This document shows positions 1 to 12,365 of a DNA stretch of 64,000 nucleotides, one piece after another. The stretch's first letter is position 1; each line of letters starts with the position of its first letter. Source of the DNA: Octopus sinensis (taxonomy: Eukaryota); NCBI RefSeq assembly GCF_006345805.1, contig NW_021832010.1:1-64000 (forward strand). The letters run 5' to 3'. Both the position numbers and the translations under genes were made by a program. Under the pieces are notes generated by a model that was not told the DNA's origin, searched no databases, and saw only the letters and a list, made by a program, of their open reading frames with translations.

Positions 1-959
1 TCCCCCAATCTGCCTAAAAATTAAAACAGCAAAACCAACAAAAGAAAAATGAGTTTACCAAATCTTAATCAGATACAAAGCAGCTACCCCCATAATATTT
101 CAGTTGTTGATCATGATCAATTAATTTTTTCTTTCCAGGACAAAGGAAAGTGGAAAATAATCACTCTGTTAATTATAGAAATTTTAGTAGTCGCCCTATT
201 TTCGAAAACGGTTTATAATTTTGATAACGTAGGAAAAACAAAAGGAACTACAAGATTCTATTAAATGAAATAAAACCGTTAATTAGAATGACCTTAAAAA
301 TGCGTTTTGGATAGCATAATGTGAATACAATAATAAAAACCTGCAACATTGTAACCGCTAAAAGAGGTATAAAAGTACCTTGACATGTACTCCAAATAAA
401 ATAAGTCCTTTGAGGTCGTAGATAACTGTAATTTGGAGAATATCCGGGCCAGTCTGACCAAATCTTGATCCATTTTAGTCGGGAATGAGTTTAGCAGTTT
501 AATTTTACATTTATAGAATCTGCAATTGTAATTACTTTGACAATTCCCCTCTAGTCTGTCATTACTGTTTGTTCGTACCACACCGGTCGATAATTTTAGT
601 CATGTCCAGAAAAATATTCCCAGCAAATTTAATTTACACTTGTGAAAATGAATAATCAAGCATGTCTTTTCTTTTTAATGCTTTAAGAATATTCTTTTGC
701 GGAAAAATAATAAATAATATGAAACAACCTTTTTAATCCAAATGAGAAGATTCTTTATTTTCAGATAGAAAATATTATGTGACCAGAAAGAGGGAGAACA
801 AAAAAAATTGTTGTTATTTTTAATAAACAAAATTTTTTGTTAATTTAATTTGCGTTGGAAAATCATAATTCGTTTTTTTTCAAGACAACTTCTCTTTACT
901 GACTGATCAGACAGCATAACAAAGAGGATAACACACATCTCCTATAAAACCAACAAAAG

Positions 960-1195
960 GCCCTCAGATTAACCGATCGTTGGTCGCATGATAGCGAACG
1001 CCCCGGTCGAGCTTCTCTGAAAGACCTTATCAAACTGAATCTTAGTCCGTCAGCAAATGTTCCGTCAAAAACGGTCTGCCGCACGGTGCGATCTAGTGTG
1101 GGCTCGTGGAAAGATAACCGAGCGAAAATGAGGTCCCTGGTCAAGTGCATCGGGATCACGTGACTTTTGTTTGACAATATCGTGGTCTTTACGGT
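960..1195. repeat. Unidentified interspersed repeat, copy 1 (diverged inverted copy at ~4120-4300)
   Basis: The reverse complement shares long blocks with 4120-4300 (gtcacgtgatcccga, gaccagggac, ttccacgagccc, gaccaacgatcggtt). It is GC-richer than its flanks. No protein family recognised with confidence. Confidence 0.7.
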
Positions 1196-1279
1196 TAAAT
1201 AAATAAATAAAATCTAGTAAACTGGAGTCTAATGTACCACCTCGTTTATAAATCACTGAAAATAACAAATTTCGGTTTT

Positions 1280-1480
1280 GGAAGTGTCAATAAAGTGCTT
1301 TTGACCGTGAAAGTTATTTCCTAACGTAAGCAAATGAAATGAGTTCGATACATCAGCATAAAATTCATCCAGGTTTTGAAAGATCAGAGTGATAATTATT
1401 CCTACAAATATTGGTCATTCAACTCTATAATTTCGGTACTTAGACAATGTCTTGATATTTAAGTGGCTTTTCTATATCGA
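1280..1480 (-). mobile_element. Possible degraded hAT (Buster-like) transposase fragment
   Basis: Minus-strand ELISFAYVRK*LSRSKAL resembles the hAT VRWLSRGKxL motif; short and degenerate. Confidence 0.35.
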
Positions 1481-1717
1481 TTCACCTGGAAAAAATGTGA
1501 CACTTCTACTGCAAGCACCATTCGTTATTTCCAAGTAATGATTTAGTCCCAAAGAATTTTTCACGAAAAAAAGAAAGGGGCAGTAGACCTTCTATAACAT
1601 TCTCAAAATGAAGATGGATGACAAAAAAATCTTTATTAATATTACAATATTTGGATAATCTCTAAATTAAAATCTCCCTAGCAAATTAAGGATAGCACAA
1701 ATAATATTTATACGAAG

Positions 1718-1790
1718 GCCTTGTTAGCTCAGTCGGTAGAGCATCGGGCTTTTAACCCGAGGGTCGTGGGTTCGAGTCCCGCACAAGGCT
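1718..1790 (+). tRNA. tRNA-Lys (anticodon UUU)
   Basis: 73-nt cloverleaf: acceptor GCCTTGT/ACAAGGC, D-arm AGCTCAGTCGGTAGAGC, anticodon stem TCGGG/CCCGA with loop CTTTTAA, T-loop TTCGAGT. A T-rich Pol III terminator follows. Confidence 0.97.
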
Positions 1791-3015
1791 TATTTTATTT
1801 ATTTCAGAATAACTACCAAATTATATGTTCAAATATTCACGAAATATACTGTTAATATTTCGTCGCTCCATAAAAATTTATGTTTCATACATCATTTGTA
1901 TTGATCAATTGATTAGATCAATTTTTCATATTTTTTGATACCTGCCCCACTCAAAAATGAGTAGCCATGTCTAAGTAATGCTTGGTTATACTGTTACTTC
2001 TGTCAGACAAAGGTACTTTTTAAGAAATTAGAAGGATGATTTAAAAACCTACACTGGAGAATAGAATAAAGAGAAGCTATGGCTATTCCAGCTAATCTAA
2101 GTGGGGATCCCAAAAAGAGTTTCAATCTCAAATGATATAAGAGTTATTTGGACTAATTGACAATTCCATGAATGTGAGGTATCCGGAGAACTATAGTATT
2201 GACTACTCTTTCTATTCATTTTCTTGTTGTAAATACTTATAAAGCGCACTATACCGATTCTGCGCTTTTTTTTTTCTTTGTAGAATTTTCCAACCACTTT
2301 TTCCTAATGATACTCATATTCAGTTGTTTGGTAGACCACACTTTTTCTGTAAAATGTATAAAAAGACTTGGTTGTTTATCACCAACCTAGTTTTCTTTTA
2401 CAAAATTCTTCCTTTCCCCTATAATTGTAGCTCACTCTGATAGATTTTTGCCTTAGTTAGAATATAATCGGTCTTGGCAGCCAATAAGGACGAGTTCTCG
2501 CAAATTGGGCAGACTTTTTGGGGGCTGGCCCAAATACATGAGTTTATACGGCCCGCTTCTACAATATGGTCTGAATGTGGTCTAATGAGATTTCTTGTCA
2601 TCTTAATAAATTTAATTATTATTGTTCTGTAGATGTACCTCCATTTTCACTATAATAATAAATTTCTTAATAATGCGATTTTCTAAAAAGTGGCACCAGA
2701 AATACATAATACATAATGTATTTATACAGTCTACCTCGTTTTGGGGTACCGGGGTTTCCGGTTTCCCCAGATAGAGCGGTTTTTTGATATTAGCAAAAAA
2801 ATTAACGTTTTGTTAGTTTAAAACCCAAATCTTTGGTTGTTTAAAAAAAGTTGGTGGCATTTATTAAAACAATCAAGCCATCCGTTGGAAGCTTTGAATT
2901 CGGGTAAATTAAAAATTTAGCTGCATTTTTAGCGGTAGATTGTAATAATGGTCTGGAAACTACTAAATTATAATTTCTTAATCTATAAAAATTTAGGCAT
3001 ATTTAATAATTACTT

Positions 3016-4020
3016 TTAAAATTGAGTAAAAACAACCTTGTCAAGAAATGAATGTTTATCACTATTATCGGGTTCTCTGGAGGCTTTAGAACCTTCACAT
3101 CCATCAACTCCCTTGATTCTAGAAAGAGTCTCTTTGCTTGTTTTGAATATTTTTAATATGTCCCTTTCAGACATATTTTTACTTTTTAAAGACTTCACAA
3201 TCTCTAATTTCGTTGAGCGAAAACTCGCCTGTAGACGAGTCTTTGTTCTTCCCTGGCCAAAACATTGACAAAAGCTGTCAAATTTGGGTGCGCTCTGTTA
3301 AAAGAACTGTTCAACAGCTTATGCCAACCTTCCAATGAATTGTCCGTCCTGGGCATTGACTTTAATACCCGATGAAAACAACTCCAAAAACTGACGTTAT
3401 AAGATGGGTCAGCAATAAATTGTTTTTTAAAATAAATCAAAAATTTTATTATTTGTTGGTTGTTTTCTTTTTCTGTCGCATCAAGAGAAAATTTTTCAAA
3501 TTCCAATAAAACATTTTCAAAAGGGATGAAAGCTAAATGGGGCAAGATTTTAATGACGTCAACATTAGCTCCAATGAGGCTTCTTGACACCACATTCATA
3601 GTTCTGTCTTCTGACGCCTTTGCGGCATCTTTCAGGTCAGAAACTAGTTTCATGCTTTTTATCTCATTTTTGGCTATGACGGTGGTTTTCTGGTTCAATA
3701 ATAATAATCTCATGATCCTCAAAGGGGCCATGATTATGAGCATTTTTTGTGCTCAACTTGTTTTGAGCATCCACCGTGCACCTCGCCCTGCATTCTCGAT
3801 TTCTGCACCTCCAATAGGTAAGACCGTCTTTTTTTCTATCTGTATTATACAAATAGTTCCGGTGTAGTAAAAGATTGCCACCTCTTTGGATTTTAAGCAG
3901 TTCAAAGTCAGTCATAATAAGGATTAAAGTAACAAAATTGTTGAAATTTTAATTAATTAGATTTAATCTGGTAAAAATAAAATTTTTTATTTATTTTAAG
4001 TAGGCGAGTTGTCGCATAGC
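3016..4020 (-). mobile_element. Internally deleted MULE/Mutator transposon with FLYWCH zinc finger
   Basis: 3664-3915 encodes a FLYWCH finger (LTYWRCRNRECRARC...HNH). 3204-3743 encodes the MULE C-terminus (PRTDNSLEGWHKLLN...HPNL). The DDE core is absent. A TIR-like ggcgagttgtcgc lies at ~4003-4015. Confidence 0.85.
3132..3210 (+). repeat. 79-bp exact direct repeat (second copy 4022-4100)
   Basis: ctttgcttgttttgaatat...cacaatctctaattt is identical at both positions. Confidence 0.95.
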
Positions 4021-4119
4021 CCTTTGCTTGTTTTGAATATTTTTAATATGTCCCTTTCAGACATATTTTTACTTTTTAAAGACTTCACAATCTCTAATTT
4101 GTCTGATTTATTTAACCGC

Positions 4120-4300
4120 CAAGACCACGGTAAAAACGTCACGTGATCCCGACGCACTCGACCAGGGACTTCATCTTCGCTTGGTGATCCTTGATTTTTC
4201 CACGAGCCCCAGCAGGCCGTTTTTGAAGGGGCATTCAGCTTGAAAGAGATCTTTTAGAGGACCTGGACCGGGGAGTTCGTTATCGTGTGACCAACGATCG
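4120..4300. repeat. Unidentified interspersed repeat, copy 2 (inverted relative to 960-1195)
   Basis: Shared blocks with the reverse complement of 960-1195, with indels. Confidence 0.7.
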
Positions 4301-4871
4301 GTTACTAGATGCAGTTTTCTCAATCTCCTCCTTTGCAATAAGTAAGGATTGAGGAGGTCCAAAAAGTTACAAACCCATTAAGTTTAATCGGTCTGTGGGA
4401 ACTCGAAAGTTGCATTATGATAGATATCCCAATACGCACGTCGGTTGTTGTTCAGGACGACAAAACCAATATTGTTGTCCACGATAAGGTCCTGGGGTTA
4501 ATTTATTCAAGGGGTATCCATTTTAATGCATACCTTCAAGTTTTACACTAATTTAAATTAATCTTTTCTCTTTTTCATATTTCTTTGGTTTTAATTTATT
4601 CAAGATAGCTTTATTATTAGAGTTTATAATTCTAATAAAAATTCATTTTAATTAGAAACTCTTTAGCAATGAAATTTATGGAAAATGGTGGAACCAGCAA
4701 TACTGGTGTTATAGTTCCAAATTTATAGCATATTCTATTTAATAGTGACTGGTACGGCTTTTGACTAATAAAACACTGCTAAAATTGAAATTTTCTGATT
4801 ATAAATTGAAGACAATAATAAAATTATTCAAAAAACCGAATTATTAGTATGTTTAAGTATATTAATGGAAT

Positions 4872-5397
4872 TCACTCTAATTTAATTTTGACATTAATTC
4901 GGTCATCGAAATTCGTTTTATGCGAGCCAGTCTTTATTCTAAATTTTGCGCAGGCGATTAGTTCCTTGTCGTCTAAAAACTTCCAAAAAACCTCTAGACT
5001 CATCGGCTATATCATAAATATGTCAAAATACCGCAAAACGTATATTGGGAAGTTGCTTGTTATATTTAAAGGAAATTTGTTCGTTTTTTCCAGGTGGACA
5101 GTTCCCTGTGATATATCCACATGCTTCGGTAGTTTTAAGAATAGAAATGTGTGGTATTTTGATGTATCCCTGTGTTTTTAACATTCCGACTGACTCCGCT
5201 AAAAATAAAATCTTATTTATACATGCTGTTAAATTTATTTGCATCTCCATTTTGTCTCCTCCATATAGAATACATGAATTCATGTTGCAATTTGTAACAT
5301 CAATGCTCGTTATGGATGATGATCCCCCACATTCTTCAAATGGTACTGGACCACAAATCACATTAGACAAAATAAAAATGAAAATTGTTATTAACAT
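4872..5397 (-). CDS. NPC2: NPC2-like / ML-domain lipid-binding protein, 3 exons
   Basis: Signal peptide MLITIFIFILSNVICG, then VPFEECG...DVTNC...C...EAC...NCP...LIACAKF with the NPC2 cysteine pattern. GT-AG introns at 5199-5222 (24 nt) and 5007-5031 (25 nt). Confidence 0.85.
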
Positions 5398-5509
5398 ATA
5401 TAATCACAAAAGATGACCTAAATTATTGCAATGTCAATTTATTCACACGAATTTTATTATTATCAAAAATAATTTTAATAAAAAAATTCAATTTAATAAA
5501 AAAATTTTA

Positions 5510-7030
5510 ATGATGGAATCATTAATGTATCTACTTCTGGTTAACATGTATATCCCTCCCCCGGGCTCATGCCCGAAACCTTACACCATGCCTAACTTGT
5601 CAGCTTTGGAGAGCTTAAAGGACGTCGTCATATGTGGTGACTTAAATGCTAAACATCCCCTTTGGCTGTCAAATCAGTCCGCAGATACAAGAGGGTATTT
5701 ACTACTGTCGCAGTCTGGAAATTTGACAATCATAAACGACCCATCCAAAAATACAAGAACACCTCAAAGGATCTCTGACAACCCTACCTCACCAGATATC
5801 ACTCTCTGTTCACCACACCTTGCAACAACAATCAATTGGTTGGTGATCTACGACACTCGCAGTGACCACAACCCTATTTTGCTAAAAATCAAAAGAGAAA
5901 TTACAAGAAAAAAGAAGAAACCTGTTTACATATACAATCTGGCAAATTGGCAACTATTCCGATTGCTCACTGACCAACAATTCGGAAATATAAAACTGGA
6001 AGACTTCACCTCTCTTGACGCGGCTGTTGCTTATGTCAACAAGATCATTCTAGAAGCAAGAGCTAAGACTGTTCCTCAAAGACATGCCTCTTACACATGT
6101 AACTATGGAAGGAAGTCTCTTGTCAAGGAAAGAAATTGTCTTAAAAAAGTAGGGATCCGAACCCCCGAAGCAAGGATCCGTTTGAAACTGTTGAACGACG
6201 AAATAAAAGCTAGTGAATTCAAAACTCAAAGAGCGAAATGGAGGAAAGTACTTACGTCCCTAAACCGTAATCGGTCGACATCCGAGATCTGGAAATCTAT
6301 TCGGAACATTTCGAAGGCTAATGAGGAAACACCTGGAGACGACGAATTCAACCAAAAAGATCTAAATGCTTTAATAAAATACTACGCGAAAATCTCCCAC
6401 AAGGATCGTATGAAGACTGACCCATCCAATCCGCCGCTAAGGAAGCTGAAAAGTAAACATTCAACTCATTTCACTGAAAAAGAAGTATTGGAATTCCTAC
6501 ACCAAACAAAAGTAACATATTCACATGGTCCCGACGGCATTCCTATAATTCTCCTGAAAAACATAGGGAATGAGGGAATCAGTGTTCTCACAAAAATCTA
6601 CAATTGGTCGATTAACTACAACTCAATCCCAACGATTTGGAAATTGGCGAACATCCGCCCAATTTTGAAAAGTGGAAAACCAAAACAAGACCCGGCCTCC
6701 TTCAGGCCAATTTCCCTATTATGTTCCATGTCAAAAACTCTGGAAAAACTCATCCTCACAAAAATCATTAACAGCATTCCCAACAAGGCTTTCCAACATG
6801 GATTCAAAAAAGATTGTTCCACTGCAAGCTTCCTTAGCTCCTTGACTAACTTTATCCGTTCTGGCATTTCGTGCAAGCCAAGACATCAGAAAACTGTACT
6901 TTGTTCGCTGGATATCCACAAAGCCTTTGACGCTGTGCCTAGAAAAAACCTAGCATGGAAAATCCACCAATCAAACATCCCTGAAGACCTCAAGCTCTGG
7001 TTGACTAACTTCCTCAGCGGTCGAATTTAA
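5510..7030 (+). mobile_element. Truncated non-LTR retrotransposon ORF (APE endonuclease C-half plus RT N-half)
   Basis: APE motifs NMYIPP, GDLNAKH, SPDITL, SDHNPI; RT motifs GPDGI, WKLANIRPILK, SFRPISLL, QHGFKK, LDIHKAFD. The ORF stops before the YADD motif. Confidence 0.93.
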
Positions 7031-8369
7031 ACATATGCTATAACATCGAGAAAATATGTTAATGTTGACCAATTGATTCAAATTAGAAATTCAAATTATC
7101 TTTGATCTCAAAAAATTCATTATATTTTGTCGGACTGTAATTATATATATTTTCTCGTATATTTTTTAGATATTACGTGGAAATTGCCTGTCCATCCGCT
7201 CGGCGACTCATCTAATTTAGTTAACTTCTCTTTTTTCTGGTTTCCATTAATGAACATTAAAAAAAATTTTAGATTAACAAAATTGACAGAATACTGGATC
7301 TGGAAGCTTTCAATTAGGTTTTTGTTACTTAAAAATAAATTAAAATTTAGTTTAAAAATTAAAATAATTTATTTAACGTTTACTTGTTTGTTACAATGAA
7401 CGAAGTACACCGAATGGCTGGTAGGACCTTTTTTGGTCGAAAGTCATTAAAAGGACGTTATGAGGTTTTTTTAATTATAAAAATTTAGTTTATTCCCATT
7501 ACTGTCCTTATGTTTACGTCTTTTGGTCTTGCTACATTCGCTATAACACGTTATTTTTCTCAAAACCCTGAAGTCATGTATTATTAATTTAAAAATATAT
7601 ATCAGGGTGAATAGACATAAGAAGGTACCATGGTCGGGCACACTCAAGAGTGATGGTACTGTCCGTCAGTATCAAGTTGTCTTATACGTCTAATATATAG
7701 TTTTTACGTCTTGGGGATGACTACATCAGAAGAATGCCACAGAACCGGCCAGAGATCGAGGGACTCGAAGACATCTTTTAGTTGTAGTCGGAATAGTTGT
7801 ACTAATATATAATTCTTACTAATGTTCAATTGTTGAAACGTCTAAAATAATAGATAATTTTTCTTGTTTTTATAAGTGAAAATTTATTAGCTGCGTTACC
7901 AGAATAGGTCAGATTTAAATCCAAATTATTGTGAGTGTGCTAATTTCGAAATATAGACTTTTTTGAATAGCATAACTATTTTATGTAATAAGTGTTAAAA
8001 GAATAATAGATGGGAGGGCCAGCTCGACGATCGCCAAACTGTTCCCCCGTATAATGGCAATCAAGAACCGCTGGAAAGGCTAGTCCACCTCCCGACGATC
8101 GTGAGTGCTTTATATATAAATTATAATGTTATATGTAATACATTTTAGAAAATTGTGTAAATATTCGTGTGTTATTAAACAAAACATAATGTTCAATATT
8201 CAGAACATTAATTGTAAAATGCTACATTCGGTGCTATTCAAATGCATGGACGAACAAAATGTTGATCTATTACGTCCTCAGAGTGGTTTTTAAAGAAAAT
8301 AATGGTTCAAGGAGTGAAGAATTGTACAGTCTCTTGCAGGATAGGAATTTGTTTTTCACATCCATTGGA

Positions 8370-8870
8370 TCTTTATGCAGTCACTGCAAAAAATGCAAGA
8401 AAAACGATTGATGATTTGGCACGCAGTGCGGGCAAATGTTAAACATTGATTATCTGTAAGACACAGTGAAATTCATCTTCATTTGCATCGACTCTATGGT
8501 ATTAAAAGAGGAAGGGAAATAAAGAAAAATTCTATTCTGTCTATAATATCGACGCAGAATGTTAAATCCGAGTTGATACGTCAATTATGCCAGAAACAAA
8601 AGTTGAATCGAAGTTGGAATCACTTCACAAAACAGCTTCAAACAAGTCGAAATCGAGAAATTTCATAAATATGATCTGCTTGCAAACCAACTTTCGATCC
8701 TTTATGATGCAAAGGTAAAGATTATCCCGGTTGTCTTGACGTGGGACGGCGTTGTTTCGAGATACTTCAAAAACTATATGGACAAATTATCAATTGAAAA
8801 AGCTTACATCATTTAGTCTGTTGTTTTAAAAAGAACTCTAGAAAGCATGGTAGTTGAACACAGACATGGA
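8370..8870 (+). mobile_element. Degraded non-LTR retrotransposon 3' part with CCHC finger and restriction-like endonuclease (R4/NeSL-type), copy 1
   Basis: CSHCKK..KTID.LA, RHSEIHLHLHRLYGIK, EIEKFHKYDLLANQLSILYDAKVKIIPVVLTWDGVV...SVVLKRTLES; contains stops and frameshifts. Confidence 0.8.
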
Positions 8871-9120
8871 GTGAGAGTATCTGGCGAAGAATACACCTCT
8901 GTTGCTTACCAGCTTGCAGAAGTGGCATGCTGACGTGACACGTCGGTGAAAGCTATGAGACAATTATAAAATTTATCTGATAGGGAGATGGAAAGTGAGG
9001 AAGAACTGGGTGCAAACTCTTCTCCTAAAAGGAGAAGAGAGATTTCCAATAATCGGGACTGATAATCTAAATTAAATAGCTTAAGTAATCTGTCTAAAGG
9101 TTTATTTGTGTTGGTAAGCC

Positions 9121-10063
9121 TTCAATATAAGATCGCCATTTTAAATTTGTGACACAAGGCACAGATATGCCCCTATACTACATCTACAGTTGATCTCCCA
9201 AGACTGAATCTACTTTGACTAACCGACAGATAGTCATTAAAAGAATCTTTAATGCTGTCAAGTGGTACGAACAACAAGATTTATTTTATTGTGTTCAGGA
9301 ATATGCCAAATGTTGCTAAGAGGACCTCGCAGTTTGTTAGGTGTATAGAAGAAATCAATGTTTCGCTGTCCGCTATAAAATTCAAGAAAAACTACATTCC
9401 TAGCCCTGATTATTTATGAATTCAGGTCATAATTTAGTTAACATTTCCGTGTATTATCTGTTAGTTAAATACAATTTAATTTAATTATTAGTGTATTAAT
9501 CGAGCCATAAGGAGGATGACTCCAAACCAGAAAATTATATGTGTTGGCAAAGTTACTAAAATTTATAAATAAAATCTCAACTTGACTTTTTGTCAATTTG
9601 TTTCCCGATTACGTAGTCGAATTTATTCTAAATGTTAGAAATTAATATAAATACAATAAAATTATCGACACTTGATAATATAATATCATTTAATGTTTTA
9701 TTTTGGGCGATTATTAAACCAACAAAAATGAGAAAGACAATCATTTTGATTTAAATGCGCAAAATGCTATATTTATACCATTATTCATAATTAGCACACT
9801 TACGTCTAATTTTACTGAGAAAAATAAAATAGTGAATTATTTTTTCCGAGCCAACGTCCTCTGCTTATTAGGATCCCCGACAATCTGTCCCTGAGTAACC
9901 AATCCCTTCCTCAGCCGAACTTCCTTCACAAGCTTGTCACCCAGTTGATCATCTCCACACTCCTCCCCCACAACATCCCAATGTGAGAACTTGAACTGAC
10001 AACTACACATCCCCCTCGTTCTACTTCTCATCTCCTCCTTAATCCCGAATGAATTGACCATCG
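9121..10063 (+). repeat. ~940-bp segmental duplication of 23486-24422 carrying the 3' end of EFL1 and downstream DNA
   Basis: Continuous high similarity from ttcaatat to gaattgaccatcg. 9837-10061 (-) encodes [17 protein letters not shown]...QRTLARKK, nearly identical to the EFL1 C-terminus. Confidence 0.95.
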
Positions 10064-10859
10064 TTTGATATCTCTCAAATGAGCTAACACATGCAAAATT
10101 AAAAGTTCTTTACTTGTTAAAGGTTCTTTACATGAAAATTTCCTCACCATAGTTTTAAGAATGAATAAATGAGTCACAAAGAGTCTCTGAATAAATAAAA
10201 AGTCATTTCTGAGAGTCGTGATGTATCCCTCCATTCCGTCCACATTCTTCAATCAAATAAGCCAAAATAAACCATAAGTTTCAGTTGAAGTTCCCTACAT
10301 GAAGTCAAAAGCTCGTCAATGTGTTTTATATTCCCCAAATCGACGTGATACTGACACAAATGAGCACAATAAAATATCCAGTTCTTTCATCTCCCATCAG
10401 GAATCTGAAATCAAAGTCAAAACTAAACCCGAGAATGAATGTAAAAAAACATTCCAACAGCGGAAACCAAAGAGCCACCACACCTGGAATACATTCTCCC
10501 TTGTTTGTACATTTCCCATAAATTTGTAGAAAAGGGAAACATGGACCAATTTGTGTCGACAGCAGAGAGAACAGAGTGTGGGAGATAACTGAGTGCCAAC
10601 TGAGTCGATCGACTTGTTTTGATATACAAAAAAGCAATTTCTAGTTCATAATTGAAAGTATTAACCCCCATCTCTCCATCCACGGTGATTGAGTATTTCC
10701 GGAAACAATAAGGGATAAAAAATCGACAGTTCGGGACATTAATGACAGCTCAATTGTGGGGATTTTGCCATTTAGTCGACTGGAAAAGGAAAATGCTGAC
10801 AAAAGTACATTTGCAGAAACAAGGGGAGATAAAATTGAACTTTCCCAGAGTAATTCAAT

Positions 10860-12365
10860 GATTTTAGTTAATTTGAAATCTTCTCTGGTTGACTATATTT
10901 TGATAATCGGGAAACAAGTAAGTATTGAGGAGTGTTTAAAATTAGGTCAACACGACATATTTTCTAGTTGCTATTTAGAACGTTGGTCCAAATATTCAAA
11001 CGTCTGGAACCGTTGATTGGAAACTAATATTGGCTTCTTTTGGGTCTTGGTTTGCTGTCTTTTTCTCTGTCTGCAAGGGTGTTAAATCTTCGGGAAAAGT
11101 ATATAAAGTAACAAAACTGTTTTAGGCTGTTTATTTTACCACATTTATCCCCTATCTTGTTTTGTCAATATTTTTGGGATATGGAGCATCAAAAACAGGT
11201 GCTTCTAGTGGAATCAAATATTTGTTTGATATTGATGTTATAAATTAATAAATAATTTTTTAGTTAAGTAAGTTCAAAATTTTGAACTTTGGGCTGATGC
11301 CGCTGGACAAGTATTCTTTTCCCTCTGCGTAGGGACAAGTTCTTTTATTACTATGTACAGTTAAATGCCTCGCCATAACGACTGTCTTATGGACAGTATC
11401 CTTATTGTGGCCACTAATATTTTTACATCTATTTTAACTATTGTGGTCATCTATATTGCTCTTGGAGTTAATGCATACCAGCTATGTTCAGGAATGTGAG
11501 TTATAATGTTTTTGGTAACTGTTTAGAGCATCTGATATGACTGAGTGCATTAAAAATAAAACTGTCCAAGTTTATTTTGTTTCTCTAGTCATTCCTAGAA
11601 TGGGCAAGGTTCGGGGATTGCTTTTATAACAATGCTTGATGTGATTTCCAAGTTCAACATTCCAATACTATGGGCTGTTCTTTACTTTCTAATGCTTTTC
11701 TCACCCGGACTAGGAACACAAATTGGAAACATTCAAGGCGTAAGTTGAGCAATATGTGAAATTGATCTTCCTCGGGTTATTAACAAAAAATGGATCCTGT
11801 CAGGTAATAAGCTAATTTAACTGACAAGGAACATTTTGTGGACTGTCTTTCTTGATGAGTTTCATATTTACTGCAGAAAACAGACTTTATATCTTTGACC
11901 TCTTTAACGATTTCACCGCAAGTTATACAATTGTTTTTATCATTTTTTTGGAATTTATATTCTTTGCTTATTTTGTGGACATTGACGCGTTTGCAAATAA
12001 TAAGTTTTATTTTTAATGAGGAAATGAAACAGCTAACGGGACGAACTCCTGGTTTGTTGTACAAGTATACAGTAAAGTTCGTGGCTCCTCTATTTATGGT
12101 GCTCATCCTCAGTTTACTCTTAATAAACAAATTCATAAATGGACTTCAGTACAGCAGATATATTAAAGAAACAGTTCAGTTACGATTTTTATTACTTTAG
12201 GGAAATATGATGAAAACAGACTATCCACCTGGCTTTGTTGTAGTTATTATAATATTGGTCGGCGTCCCAATAGGGTTCCTTCCAGCTATTAGAATCAAAA
12301 ATTATTTTAAAGAAAGGAAACAGAAACAAATTAAATACATTTCTTCACAAGCAAACATGTTATAG
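10860..12365 (+). pseudogene. SLC6: SLC6 Na+-dependent transporter (SLC6A15-20 / nutrient amino-acid type), probable pseudogene
   Basis: WKLILAS...KGVKSSGK|AVYFTTFIPY, LWADAAGQVFFSL, QGSGIAFI, LFNDF, PLFMVLIL. In-frame TAA at 11362-11364 where SYN is expected, and probable stops at 10976 and 11746. TM1 (GNVWRFP) to TM3 not found. Confidence 0.8.

Noticed and set aside
1718-1790. tRNA-Lys as a pseudogene or SINE head because of divergence and a T discriminator
   Set aside because: All stems pair, the A/B boxes are intact and a terminator follows; most likely a functional tRNA.
8012-8100. HDV-like or hammerhead ribozyme
   Set aside because: AATGGCAAT resembles HDV J4/2, but no matching P2/P1 pseudoknot was found, and there is no CTGATGA core.
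10976-11748. Alternative genetic code explaining the SLC6 stops
   Set aside because: TAA, TAG and TGA all serve as true terminators of intact genes in this window (PCNA/Rho, SLC37, NPC2/ST13).
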